A DNA stretch of 64,000 nt, taken from NCBI GenBank assembly GCA_973895155.1, contig OZ316899.1, positions 7,133,241 through 7,197,240 on the forward strand, given 5' to 3'. Shown piece after piece: positions 49,601 to 62,345 of the stretch (position 1 is the first letter of the stretch; each line of letters starts with the position of its first letter). The notes under the pieces were generated by a model, which was not told where the DNA came from, made no database searches, and was given only the letters and a program-made list of their open reading frames with translations. Source of the DNA: Marsupella aquatica (lineage: Eukaryota > Plantae > Marchantiophyta). A program made the translations under genes and the position numbers.

Positions 49601-52265
49601 GGAAATGGCGATATCTTTCTAACGGGAAGTTTGTTGGAGGACTTCTTAGGTGTGTTGGAAAGCTCTTGAAGAGGGGTACGCCCTTCTGAGCTCATATGGG
49701 TCTGGGGGTGCCATGGGTTCTCGTGGTTTGTGGGTGTTAGCTCGCTTGCTTGCCAAATCCTGCCAAACAACAGCCAAGCCGCGTTCAGCCTCCCAAGGGA
49801 GCTTGCGTTGGGGAGGCAAGGCCAAGTAGGTATGGAGGCAGAGTCCCAAGGGCGCTCGGTCCCTAGACCATCGGTGGGGCCTACCGGGAGCGGTTGTTAG
49901 AGTCGGGGCCATTCTGGTCCCGGCGTGTTGGGACAAGCTTTAGGACAAGCTACGCTATTCGGGCCATGAGCATGTCCTGAGGTCAGGGCGGTCAATTGGT
50001 GATGGATAGGTACGAGGGGGAACCCGGGCCGCGCCCAAGGAAGGAGCTGTCCTGGACGGACAGTGGGCGTGGGTTCTGATTCCGGCTTATGGCATCGGGA
50101 GGACCTATCGCTGACCTATTTCCCAACGTCTGTTGAGCTTGAGTTAGGATGCTAGACTTGGCGAGTTCTAGATCCGGTGGGGTTACTTACCGAGTTGCTT
50201 AGTTGCCTTCTTAGGATTTACGGGGTTCTATCGGATATACATGAAAGACTATGCAAGGGTCGTGCGGCCCCTGAACGCGCTAACATTGAAATACAAAGTG
50301 TTTGTGTGGACACAAGATTGCAAGTTAGCATTCCTAGAACTTAAGCGCCTAATGATAACATCGTCGGTTCTAAAGTTACCTGAGATGGGGAAGCCGTTTG
50401 AGATTTGGACAGACGCAAGTGATTACGCCATTGGCGCCTGTCCTCATCAAGATGGGCATCTTGTGGCCTTTGAGTCATGCAAGTTGGAAAATCATTAGAT
50501 CACACCAAAAAGGGAAATGTATGTTGTGATCTATGCGTTGAAGAAGTGGGAGATTTAAGAACGGTCCCAAAGTGGTAATCCACACAGATAGCTTGTCGGC
50601 CGGGTACTTCAGTTCTAAGCCAAGGCTGAACCCCAAGGAAATGCGTTGGCAGATGTTCTTGGCGGATTTTGATTTTGACGTCCGTCACATTCCTCGGAAG
50701 ACAAACATGGCAGCTGACGCATTATCGCGTAAGGACCATCATCGTGTCAATGGGATCACGATGCTCAAATCCAAGTGGCCAAAGGTTCTGGCCACGGCGT
50801 ATGGGGATGACAGGTTAGCTAAGGAATGGCAAAGCAATGGGGGTAGCCAAGGCAAGGTAAGGCATGTGTCATTGGGGTTGGATACGATGCATAATGTTCA
50901 GTTATGGTGATACAAGCAAAGGCGTGTGTACATACCAGAGTCTCCAAGGTTAGAGGTTCTGCAAAAGTACCACGACTTGCCCTGGGGAGGGCATGGAGGA
51001 CAAGCCGCTACGTATCGCAGCATGTCGCAAGATGTGTATTGGCCGGACATGAAGCAATTGGTCCTTTGCCATGTGCAAAGTTGTTACTCGTGCCAAAAGA
51101 ACCAAACGGTCTATAGGGCAAAAGGAGGAATTCTGCAACCCTTACCGGTAGCTGCGGCTCTATGGGAGTCTATCTCCCATGGACTTCATTGTTGGGTTAC
51201 CTGAGTCCCATGGCAATAACTCCATCTTAACAATTGTGGATCATTTTTCCAAGATGGCGTATTTCTTGCCTACTACAAAAATGGTTTTGGCCCAAGAGGT
51301 TGCCAGTCTAGTATTTGACAATGTCTTCCGATAATTGGGATTGCCATTGCATATCTTGTCCGATCGCAATACCAAGTTCACAGACCATTTTTGGAAGGCG
51401 TTGTTCAGGTTATCCGGAATTGACCTGACTAGAGGATCAACGTATCATCATGAGACAGATGGCCAAACAGAATGGGTGAATGATATCGTGGAGGCCTACT
51501 TGTGTCACTTTGTGATGGCCAATCAAAATTAATTGGTCAAAGCACTTAACAATGGCCAAGTTTAGGTATAACTCGACCAAGCATTCGACAAAGGGGTTTG
51601 TGCCATTTGTGTTGGCCACAGGGAGGACGCCAAGAGCGCCCTCCTGGTTTATAAATCCGGAAGCTTGGCGGACGGAAAGCAAGGTTCCTTCTATAGACGA
51701 TTTTATTTGAGAGCGGCGCCTAGTTGTGGAAGCGGCTACCAAGGGTATGACCCTTGCCCAAAGTTGGTACAAGGAGCAAGGGGATAAAAATTGACGCGAG
51801 GTAAGCTTTGAAATTGGGGAGAGCGTCTGGTTGCAGTTGAGACTTGAACAATACCACGAGAACATAAGTAGGAAGCTGGCTCCCAGATACGGGGCCCTAT
51901 CGTTACATACCATGGGCCCACAAGGATAATCCGGTTTTGGTGGTGTTAGAGACACCCAAGGAAATGGGCGTGGGAAAAAGCTACCATGTTAGCCGGCTCA
52001 AGAAGGATGTCAAAGACAATGATCCCAACCTGGATCAGGTCTTGCGTCCGGACGCCATGCTGGTGGAGGACGCTGAGGAGTTTGAGGTGGAGGCAATTCT
52101 GGACACCGTTACAAACGCAAGTTGGGAAGGCAAATCTTAGAGTATTTGGTGAAGTGGGCTGGCTATGATCAGGCCGAGAGTACTTGGGAACCGGAAGAAA
52201 ATTTGGGTAATGCCTCAGAGATCCTTGGAAGCTATCGTAAACGAAGCGGCCTATCGCTGTTGTGA
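46631..52265 (+). pseudogene. gag-pol: gag-pol of A3, fragmented
   Basis: CFMCGAMGHQSKDC, SLVDTGAIACFIS, VVFIDDILIYS, EIWTDASDYAIGA, HHETDGQTE, EEFEVEAILD. Confidence 0.93.
48921..50206 (+). repeat. Family-A LTR inserted into A3 RT, 3' end deleted
   Basis: pol ...CCATCCAATG|AGTTGCAGAACTCGACTACC; pol resumes at CTTCTTAGG with ~15 bp of pol lost. Confidence 0.9.
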
Positions 52266-53479
52266 ACTGGTACAGGCAATTGTAGCTACCTTTGTGAGTT
52301 GTATCCTGGTTTCACTCCTCTCGGCCTCTTAAGGTTAAAGTTGGATTGCGTTGGTGCTAGAGATTGTTGGGCGGCCAATTTGTTTTTTGCGAGTGGAAGT
52401 AGATGGTGCCCGCCTTACATCTGTGGGCGGGCTGGTTCAAACCAAAGGGGAGTACCCCAAGGGGAGAACAGTGGGTCCGACGAGTTTGGAGTTAGCTTAC
52501 CCAATTGGACTGGCATCCTACTTGGATAAGTGGGATAGGTTGGAAATTCCTAAGTCTGGAATGCGCATACCAACCTGGTTTGCATCAGCCTTATGGGCAA
52601 ACCATCTGTTACCTCATAAAAAGTTTAAGGCCCAAAGTGGTCTAGGCGTGTTGGAACGTTTACTGAGGTCACACGGACGTGACCATTTTTAAGGGGGGGT
52701 GCAAGTCGCGGAACTCGACTACCTTAACACTTAGCTCCGACGTCGCTGACTCCGACGCCGAGCTCCCTTATGGTCCAGGCCTGGATAGGCCATCCGGGGA
52801 GGACTTAGCATGGGGAGACTGGTGGGCAACGAGACGTGGCGCTAGCGAAGGCAAGGAGCCAAGTTGGTGACACACACTAAGGACTTGGACTAGCTGAGAG
52901 CTTGTCGAGCCAAGGGGAAATGGGTTGGGCTCAAGGACAACCGTCTGGACCTTCGGATGGACTTTGAGTTTTGAGGGCTTGAGTGTGAGCTCCTCTTGGG
53001 CCCAAGGCCCATGGAGTTGACGCCATGGGCAACGAACGCTTGGGGCGCAAGTTATGGCCGGATCCGGGTTGGGCCAATCGGGGGTCCTGAGTGGCGATGA
53101 GACCTGAGGACCTAGGCATGAGCACTGGGTCGGCCCGATCACAACGGGCTAAGGCACTTCGCTTGCGGTGGCCTAACAAGAAAGTTATGTGCTTGCCAGG
53201 GGGTGGCGCGCCCATTATGCGCGATAGGATCCGGGTTGGGGGCCAAATGTTTAGGGACCAAAGCTGGTCCGGGGGTGGCAGGTCTCCAGAAGCATACATG
53301 AGGGGAGTGGTGTCTCCCTGGGGGCTATGGGCGACCCAAAGTCGTGAGCCGCGGCGGTTGCCACACTAATGGAAACCGCCAAACCGAAACGGCAATATCT
53401 TCCCTATGGGAAGTCCATTGGAGGACTTCTTGGGTGCATTGGAAAGCTCTCCACAATGGGCTACGCCCTTGTGAGCTCA

Positions 53480-53755
53480 AGGGTGGGCCGGTTATATGTG
53501 AAGGGTGTGGGGGGTCACTACTAAAGGGTTTAGGGGGGTTTATATGTCAAGGGTGGGCCGGTTAGGTCTCAAGGGGTTGGGGGTCAGTAAAAGGGATTTA
53601 TATGTCAAGGGTGTGCCGGTTATATGTCAATGGTGTGGGGGTCACTAAATGGGGTTTAGGGGGGTTGATATGTCAAGGGTGGGGGGGGGTTACATCTTCA
53701 CGGGGTGAGGTTACATCTTCACGGGGTGAGGTTACATCTTCACGGGGTGAGGTTT
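53480..53755. repeat. G-rich degenerate tandem repeats, including 3x 21-bp GTTACATCTTCACGGGGTGAG
   Basis: Repeated TTATATGTCAAGGGTG units and a perfect 21-mer triplet at ~53689-53752. Confidence 0.85.
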
Positions 53756-54329
53756 CCCCTTGGTCCAAAAGGACCTTTTATATCAATCACATGTGAATGG
53801 GAGTATGCCTGCATTCTGTTACTTGTAACAAAGCTATGGGGAGGACACAGAATTAGCCAACCTTGGTCTACTCCATTTCTACCAAGAAATGTTGTGCAGT
53901 AGGGCAATGTGGAGCGCAACGGCAATGTCCAGGGTAGTCTTGAGTGCTTAGGTCATTCCATTCCTTATGAGAAATGTCGTGCAAAAGGGCAGTGTGCAGT
54001 GCAATGGCAACATTGTCGAGGGCACTCCTGAGTGCTTAGGTTTTCAGTGAGTTGCAGTCCGGGAGGAGCTATGATCTAGGGACTGAGGCGCTGAGGGTTT
54101 AGCTGATTGGAGGAGCTGTGATCTGGGAAGGTGTTGCGGTGCCGAGGTCTATCGTAAGCTGAGGGGAGGAGCTTTGCGCCATTGCGGTTGCGGAGGTTGC
54201 TTTGCGCCATTGCTTTTTCACCAACCAAAGCTTGTGTGGTCGGATAGTGGTGGGAGTTTGGTGGGAGGAGAGCTAAGGTTCCAAGTTTGACTAATCCACA
54301 AGTGACCAACCTGCTGCTGTGGAAGGTGG

Positions 54330-54650
54330 ACCTACATGCTCCTGCGGAAGGTGGACTACGGAAGGAAATTGTTGAGGAAGGCAATCCCTGCGGAAGGCGA
54401 TTGCTGCGGAAGGTGGACTGTAGTGGGTCCTTAAGGTCGCAAAGGCATTCAAAGGAGGCGTGAGCAGGGCGACAATCGTTTGCTGCTGCGGAAGGTGGAC
54501 ATTGGAGTTGTGAAGGCAATCCTTGTGGAAGGCAACCACTGCGGAAGGTGGACTACAGTGGGTCCTTAAGCTCGCGGAGGCATTGAAAAGAGGCTGAGCA
54601 GGGAGGCAATTGTTGCTGCTGTGGAAGGTGGACATTGGAGTTGTGAAGGA
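54330..54650. repeat. Degenerate ~135-bp tandem duplication built on GCGGAAGGTGGAC
   Basis: 54406-54516 resembles 54541-54649; gives repeated LHNSNVHLPQQQ on the minus strand. Confidence 0.75.
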
Positions 54651-55729
54651 GGTCGTGGAGCTTAAAGAGCAAGTGCAGAATTGGGGCCGATTGTTTGTTA
54701 GGAGGAAGCAGTTGACAGTCGTGCCATTGGTTATCAGTGTCATCAGCCAAAGGTTAGTCATCCTTCTTTGTATTCTTTGCGCTTGTTTGACATCCCGGCC
54801 ATGCAGCTGAAAGTGCGCTTCTTTCATCCCTTTTCCAGCAACTTTAGTTCCACATTGTTTTGTTGGGTTGTCTGTTGAATACTTTCATTGCCTCTACAGG
54901 CTGAAGGTTACTAAAGGCCCTGGCTTGCGCACCCACTCCTTACACTCATGCACAAAAATCAAACAACAAGTAGTAGAGCTCAAGCAGATCCGCTCCACTC
55001 TGTTCTCAACTGGCTGCGTAGTAGCCACATCTCCTCTAGTCCATCCTATTTTGAGCAATGTCATACCTCCGTAGCATACAGCTTGCCCGATTGAATGGTA
55101 GATTAGGTTCAGCACATTCTCCCTATGGCTGAAGAGTTATGGAAAACCCCAACACAATGAAATTCATTAAGATTTGTCTTGGCAGTCAAAGCTATTGAAA
55201 TTGCTGATGTGATACCATGGCTATGATTAAAGAAATTAAAAAGTGCAAAAATTTTAAAATTTTCAACTTTTAGTGGTTAACGGAGTATAATTTGACCGGA
55301 GAGGACCATAAAAGGAAAATTGCAGTATGAAATCCAGAAATATCCGGATAGCACCCTTTTTTTGAACTCTTAAGTAATGGCACCGTCGAGCCATGAGAGA
55401 AGGCATGGGAGAATGAATATTAAAACCATAAGTCTGACATTCGACCGGAGACCGGAAGTTGGCAACCGAGTTCTTAAGACCACGCCAAACCGAGCATTCC
55501 TCACACCACCGAACTGCTGCAAAAATCTTTTGCAAGGAATCACAGGAGAGATTAGAGCTGGACGAGGCTGCCGTTTTGAGGCATTAGTTGAAAGGAAGTT
55601 GGTTACGGGGGAAGTGGGTGATTGTCCGATTGAGAGGGGAAGTTTGCAACTTGATTGAGATTTCCGGATTTGATAATTCCGGATTTTGAAGGGATTTTAA
55701 TTTGGATCCTTTCTCTCCATCTCCTCATC

Positions 55730-56648
55730 ATGGTGAAGAGAAAGGACCCAGATTTTGCCCCGAACAAATCCAAAATCCGGATGCTACCAAAGTGGACGAC
55801 CAAGGAGCGGGCAGTCATTGTGAATGAAAAGCCACTGCGACCGGAGATTCCCACGGATTCGGCACGGAAGGACCGCTTACAAAATAACCTTGAGACCATG
55901 GGTTGTGAGAAGTTGATGGAGTTGCCATGGGGATACCAAAGTGCAGTATTCGTGAAGGAGGTTCAAAATCGCACGACCCTTGCTTTGGAATTTCCGGATT
56001 CAATTAGAGCCAAACCGGAAAGGTGGACCGCGACAGTTATCTTGTCGCTTTTGGATGTGCCTTTGAAGGGAGAAGGCTTTCTGACCTCTAAGAATGACTT
56101 TGCAGATAACTATTTTGATGGAGAAGTCGATCCAAAAGATGGCTGGAAGGTGTCCCAGTGCTGTAATGAGGAGTTTTTTGACGTTTTTGATCCCACTTCT
56201 TTCCCCTGCCAAGCCTCGACGAGTTACAATCCGGATTGGGAATACGATTGCTGCTTCTTACATAGGAGAGAAGAAGATTTCCTGGGCCAAAGTTTTGGAA
56301 GAAGTTATAGCCAACCAGGTCTGGAATATTCATTTGAAGACCCCCACATCCCTTTCTTGCTATCTAGCCAATCTTTACGCGATAGACCAAATTCTTACAG
56401 ATGAAGAAGCGGAGGAGTATGAGAATCAAGCCATGTTGGCTCAACTTGGAGATCCGGATTGACAGCCATCTGAGGGGACTGAATCAGAAGAAGAACCGGT
56501 TGTGGAAGTGCAACCTCCCAGGACACAGAAGAGATTAGTACAGAGTCCGAAACCGGATCCTATTGAAGATCTAGAACCTGTTCGGAGATCGGAAAGTAGA
56601 GGAAGTCTTCCGGGTGTGACCCCTGTGGCGCGTTTCCAAGACCTCTAA
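55730..56648 (+). pseudogene. Truncated TE accessory gene, same LPW domain family as B and C (element F)
   Basis: GCEKLMELPWG...WTATVILSLLDVPLKGEG...PKDGWKVSQC...FLIPLLSP...ISWAKVL...YLANLY; frameshift near 56185; TGTGATACC at 55208 resembles the B/C/D termini. Confidence 0.65.
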
Positions 56649-56887
56649 CCCCAAGAACTACCCTCTACTACACGAGGTCAAAATATCATATTCAAAAAGG
56701 GGATCACCCCAATATGTACAAAATGGATTAGGCCTACCGGGTAGACCCCTCTTGGTCGTGATGGCACGATAGAAGATGTAAAGAGAGCTTTGACTAGAGA
56801 CTACACTAGCTATATACAAGGTACCTCCTAGTGAGTGTCTAATCAAAGCTGTCTAGCACTAGATACCCACCTAAATGCAACTAACCT

Positions 56888-59237
56888 CTAAAAAGGTGTG
56901 TTGCGTCCCTTCTTCTTTGGGCGAGAATGAAGGGTGGGTACAGGTCTAGCATCATGAGAGCCCTCCTCCCTCTGGCTGCCCACAACCGTGGCAGCCACCT
57001 GCTCACCAGATGGCATGGGTTGGCCTGATGCAGGCCTAGACCCTGACCCACTAGATGCACCGCTAGGGTGGTCAGGCAAGGTAGATGTCCCACCAACCCC
57101 CGACACGGTAGAGTGAAAGGAGGCCTCGATCAGCTCCTCCCGCCAACCTGCTAGAGTGATGGGATGGTGCGCTGACAGATCCTGTGGGTGGCCCATGTCG
57201 TGTTGTACTCCCACCAGACTCACGAGATGGTGCGCGCCCTCTAGATCCACCATCCGGCACGTCGCCACTACCTCGTCGGGAAGGGCCACCTGCACCAGAT
57301 ACTCCTGCGCAATGGCCTCGTCCCATGCCATCACCTCTACTACCCCCTGAGTGCCTAGGCCCCGCACCCCGTGATGCTCCAGAGCAATGGGAGCCCACAC
57401 CATCAGCAGCATGTGACCCACCCCTCCCTGCTAATGGGGCAACGGCACCAGATGGGGCAACAACACCTCGGACCTGAGGAGTAGGGGTGACTATGGGCAC
57501 CCTCCCCAACCCTGCCTCAGCATCCTGCTCAGAATCTGAGTCCAACTCCTCCAACCCAGACCCCTCCTCATCCTGCGCAATAGGGTTTAATTGCGGTTAG
57601 AATGAATGGTCCCGACCATAACTCTAACAAATTCATGACAACCTTAAACATTATGTCACCCTAGGGTGAACACTTACCTCTCCCAACTCATCCTCAAGGT
57701 GGCGCTTTAGAGTGCGGGGTCCATCCATCTTTGCCAAATTCCTCTCCAACGGCGCAATAGGGCGACCATACTCCCGCTCCTGAAATTTAAAGATCCAAAC
57801 CATAGAGGCTAGGTTAATATCAAATCTAGTATTAGCGTGCCCTACCCTAACCAAGCCACCCTACATAGCCCTAATGTAACCTTAAACCATAGTTCACCCT
57901 AACTTATACTTTACCCTAGTAAAAAATTAACGTTAAGTACGTTCATTCAAAAATTTAAATGTTTGCCGAGGGGTCCGATGCAGAGTCCAATACAGCTTGC
58001 ATCGGACGTATATTGGATGCGTAATAGGCAAAATGGCATGACACAGTGTCCGATGCTGCTTCCAATGCAAAACCTATCGGATGAGTATCGAAAAGAACAG
58101 GCCCGAGAGCAAACACGAGTTTTGCAAAGGGTTTAAACAAAAAACATAAGGCACAAACAACTCATTCTTCATGCGAGGAGTCAGGTGATCAGGGAGGAGA
58201 GGTGGGGAGGAGAGGGAGGGCACTTACAAACTCAGCCTTCAATCGATTGGAGCCGCCTTGCCCCATCCGGTGAGTGATGGTTGGCCTCCCCTGCACTCTC
58301 TCCAATGCTGCTATGATGTGCCTTGGTGGTTTGGGGAGTCTTGCTGCCTGAGCTGCCCATTGTTGCAGGTTCTGTTGAAGGGGGAGGATATCAACATTCT
58401 CCCTAGCCTTTTGCTTCTCCTCTACCAGCCTAATTTCGTTGTCCCAATGTCTTCTTTTCAGCCAGGCACGGACTGAGAGTTCCTCCTCAAGCCAAGCCAC
58501 CCACTCATCGGGGGAAACATCGTCTGGACAACCCTCCTCCCTGATCACCTCTGCATCCACTGCCAAATCTCCAAGGTACTTTCTGAATTTCTCTCGCTGA
58601 TGATTGCGCATGTCTGAGAGTGATGCTGAAATTTGTTTGTTTAGGAACCTGTCATCAATGTAGACCCCGTTCCTGAACCGTTCCTTCACCTGCTCTCTGA
58701 TTCTCAATCTCTCTTCCTCCTTCTTCTTGCCCCAATAATCCAATGGCCCCAAATTGGCCCTCAGCACCTGCTTGAATTGGCTTCGGAATAGATGGTAGCT
58801 CTTAGGCAATGGACCACCACCCGAATTGAGAGCTAGCTCAGGCCTGAGAGCTCTCTCTGCCTCCTTTCGCCTCTGCTCCTCCAATCACACCTTCTCAATT
58901 GCCCTAGCTTCTTTTTGAAGCTTTTTCTCTTGTTTTCTTGGAGACTGTGTCTCCTCTGCATCCCCTTGCCTCTCTTTGCCTCTTTCTTCCTCTTCTTTGC
59001 CTCCTTCTCACTTGCAATGCTTGCAGCAGCAGTCTTCTCTGCCTCACGCCAAGAGGCATCAATCAGCGTTTGGAGGAGTGGGACTACTCTCTCCGCGTCC
59101 TCCACACTCAGCCCTGCCTTGGCCACGAAAATGTCCCTCATAACTTCATTGTATGGCTGGGACGGTCCCCCTTGCTCTCCACCACCACCTGATCCCCCTT
59201 GGTCTCCCCCACCACCTGATCCCCCGGCCCCCTCCAT
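56888..59237 (-). pseudogene. TnpA/Ptta-like (Transposase_24-like) spliced gene
   Basis: CPDDVSPDEWVAW and THRMGQGG motifs; exons 59237-58228, 57779-57678, 57572-; GTAAGT donors and CAG acceptors in phase 0; frameshift near 58900-58960. Confidence 0.7.
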
Positions 59238-59880
59238 CTCTCCTCCTCCTTGATCCAGCTTCAAAAAATTTGAAAAACACCAAGTGCGAAACTGGGCCCG
59301 ACGCGCGGGTCTTCGCACCTGCATCGGTTCATTTTTCCAAAACAAAACCTTCTGCTTCCGATTCTTTTTGTTTCGGACTTTGCAAAACCAAAGGTATCAG
59401 ACACGCAATCGGACTTTCCAAAACTATCTGCTTTGGACCCCTCGTCCTTTTCTTGTGGCCGTGTATTTACAAAGTGTGGCCCGTTTCCTATTGCATCAAG
59501 CCCCTCATGAAGTTATATCGGATACCTCTTGGCTTTCCCAAAGGGGGTCCAATATAATGTTTTGAATTTGGGTTGGGTATGGTATTGGAGGGTTTAGAGT
59601 ATAATTTAGGATATTTAGGTTTTGTATGGGGTAAGGGCACATGGTTTGAGTTATTATTTGCTTTCATATTTGAATCCGCGTTTTGTAGGGCTCTACATAT
59701 GTGAACGGGACAGTGAACGTGTCATGCATGTAGAGGGACCTCTTGCAAGTTTCTTTGTTGCGAAGAACAAATTTTGGGGTTTGTACCGGACTATGTAATT
59801 TTTTTGATAAGCTATGGTCTTGCATGCTTAAGATATTGGGCTCTAATTAATGATGCAATTGTGTATAGAGTCTTGGTGTT

Positions 59881-60585
59881 TTAGGGGTGGTTGTGGTGAT
59901 GGGAACTCAATACTATGATATGTGATATAGGATCAAGAAAATACTACAAGAAGTTTTTGTATGAATCATTTTCGGGTGAAAGCCTTTTGTTTCATTTCTT
60001 TATAGGGGATTATGGGTGTACGTAGAGGTTTTATTAGTATAACATTATACCTTTTGTTAGGATAATATTAAACCCCTTCATTAGGCTAATCTTTGTGTTT
60101 GGATTTGATGTGTAGTACCTTGCTTTTGGAGGGGTGGTTAACTTTTTTTGAGGGGGTAGGGAGGTTTCGATTTTGGACAATGCACTATGCATGAAACCGT
60201 GCATCCAGGAGGTATGATGTCCTCTTGCAAGTTCCTTGCAAGTTTAGGGATGGTTGTGGTGATGGGAACTCAATACTATGATATATGATAGACAAAATAC
60301 TACAAGAAGTTTTTGTACAAACCATTTCTGGGTGAAAGCTATTTGGATCATTTCTTTGGAGGGGTTTATGGGCTTAGGGTTATGGGGTTTTACTAGGATA
60401 AGGTTACACCTTTTCTTAGGATAAGGTTCAACCTCCATATATTAGGCTAATGGTTGTGTTGGATTTGATGCACAGTACCTTGCATTTGGAGGGGTGGTTC
60501 AATGTTTGTGAGGGGTAGGTAGGTTTTGTTTTGGACAATGCACTATGCATAGTGTGAGACCGCGCATCCAGGAGGTATGATGTCC
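59881..60585. repeat. ~363-bp tandem duplication between the divergent CACTA genes
   Basis: 59881-60243 resembles 60244-60585 (GGTTGTGGTGATGGGAACTCAATACTATGATA ... CATCCAGGAGGTATGATGTCC). Confidence 0.9.
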
Positions 60586-60899
60586 CCGCTTCACGAGCCG
60601 CATATTTACACTTAATTTGTATGTTGGAATTTTTTTATATGTGGTGTGTTCTTCCTACACTCTTTCGCACTTACAGATTATGTATGCTCATTAGCAAAAT
60701 GCTCACCCATATATGCAGAGATTTTGGATGTCCCACACCTTGTGTGTAGAAAATACGACACAGTAGGTGGCAAAGCGCGGGTATCATTGAGGTACAACAG
60801 GACTTTTGTATGTCATGCATTAATTAATTCTATTTTGATACTCCAACACTTGTCTTCTTTTATGCAGCTTACATGAATGAGTGTACTTCATGCATGCAG

Positions 60900-62222
60900 A
60901 TGTCTACTTCTGATAGTTCCACGTCAGATTCAGACTCAGACACAAGCTCGTCTGAGGGGGAGGTTCCTCCACCCCCTCCTCCAGATCGTCCTTGTGCTCC
61001 ACTAGGACCCATACCTTGCTGGTGTGTGAGATGTAAGGGACTTGTGGTTCGACATGCGTGGGAGACTTGTGAGCACATCGAGAACTATGGCCGCCACGAG
61101 GGTGATATGCCAGGGTATTTGCCTAGCCAGGTACAGATATGTTTATGTCCCCTATTCATTCCATATATGCATTCCAATTTAGGGTATTGCTTAATTATCT
61201 TGCATTTACATCCCACTACTTAATTTATTGATTTGTGTAAAACCATTGTACGTGTGTTGAAATAGGTGCCTCGTAGGCCCCCACCTCCTTTGGTTCCTCA
61301 AGCTGTGTGGTTGGAAGGGTTTCTAGCAAGGGCCAGGGAGTTGCTTGCAGTTTCTCCTACCCAGATGCCTCTTAGCCCACCTGCTCCTATCCCCACTCCT
61401 GTGCCCACACATGAGCATGTAGAGGGGGGACCGGTCTCTCGGCCCGAGGTTGTGACTACTAGGGTCCTACGTACACGACCACAATCTGGTAGATGTAGAC
61501 GGCAATATGGACCACTGGACCAGGTAGACAGCCGAGAGGAGGTGTTAGGTACTAGTGATCGACCAGCCGGTAACGTAGATTATATTTGCGTTGAGGGCAG
61601 GTTTGGACTATCCTATCTCACTGGTAGGGCTGCCAAAGTTTTGAAGGACTTTTCTCCAAGTCTCTTCAAATTTCCAGATTTTATTCCTACAGATGAACCA
61701 GTTCAGATATGGGGTCGCCCTTGGATAGTGAAGGCATCCTCTATTGGTCCTGATATAGGATATGGTCTTTTTGCTTTGGAGGATATTGTGGTCCCTCCAA
61801 AGCCATGGAGCCGTGGTTATGATGGAGAGCACCTTTTTCCTTACATTGGGACTGTATATAACTCCAAGAGTTGGAATATTTTGTTGCGTCAACACCCAAG
61901 TTGGGGTGTGTATGCATTGAGGATGGACTCAGACCCGGATGAGGTCTTCACTAGGCCGTGGCATTTCCGGATGATTGATGGTGACCCTATTCGGAATGGT
62001 AATTTAGCAGGGTACATCAATAGTACCACAGGTAGAGATAGAGGTTTGGAGGCTAATGTAGAGTGGATTCAAATGTTTGGTCCACCTAGACATCCATATT
62101 TTGTGAAACATATGGACGATCATACCATGACAGTAGCTGTTAGGACCATTAGAGCTGGTGAGGAGTTATTATGTGAGTATGAGTGGGATGCACCAAAATT
62201 GTCCTTGCATTGTCGTCCATGA
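60900..62222 (+). CDS. Transposase-associated Cys/His domain plus SET-domain protein, ~395 aa (exons 60900-61130, 61266-62222)
   Basis: Exon 1 CWCVRCKG...EHIENYG; phase-0 intron GTACAG...AAATAG; SET motifs VKASSIGPDIGYGLFA, PYIGTV, GNLAGYINS, AVRTIRAGEELLCEY; no stops. Confidence 0.85.
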
Positions 62223-62345
62223 TAGTTTCTTGGACTTACATACATGTATATATATATGTCAGTTTATTTTACATGTTTACATGAGAATGATGTTGTTCAG
62301 CAGTGCATGTGTTGATGAGATTAATTAATTGATGTTGTATGATAG

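Larger units (their letters stand above)
37851..53479 (+). mobile_element. Ty3/gypsy chromovirus copy A3 (with nested C, D and an extra A LTR; 3' LTR truncated)
   Basis: 5' LTR 37851-39319, PBS 39322, gag-pol, PPT 52691-52699, 3' LTR from 52704 sharing diagnostic variants with the 5' LTR. Confidence 0.93.

Noticed and set aside
53516-53526. CACTACTAAAG as the CACTA terminal inverted repeat
   Set aside because: Embedded in a repeat unit that recurs (GGGGTCACTAAA at ~53637); no partner TIR or TSD visible
59943-59954. TACTACAAGAAG resembling a CACTACAAGAAA TIR (also at ~60298)
   Set aside because: First base mismatched, internal to the tandem duplication and lying between the element's two genes
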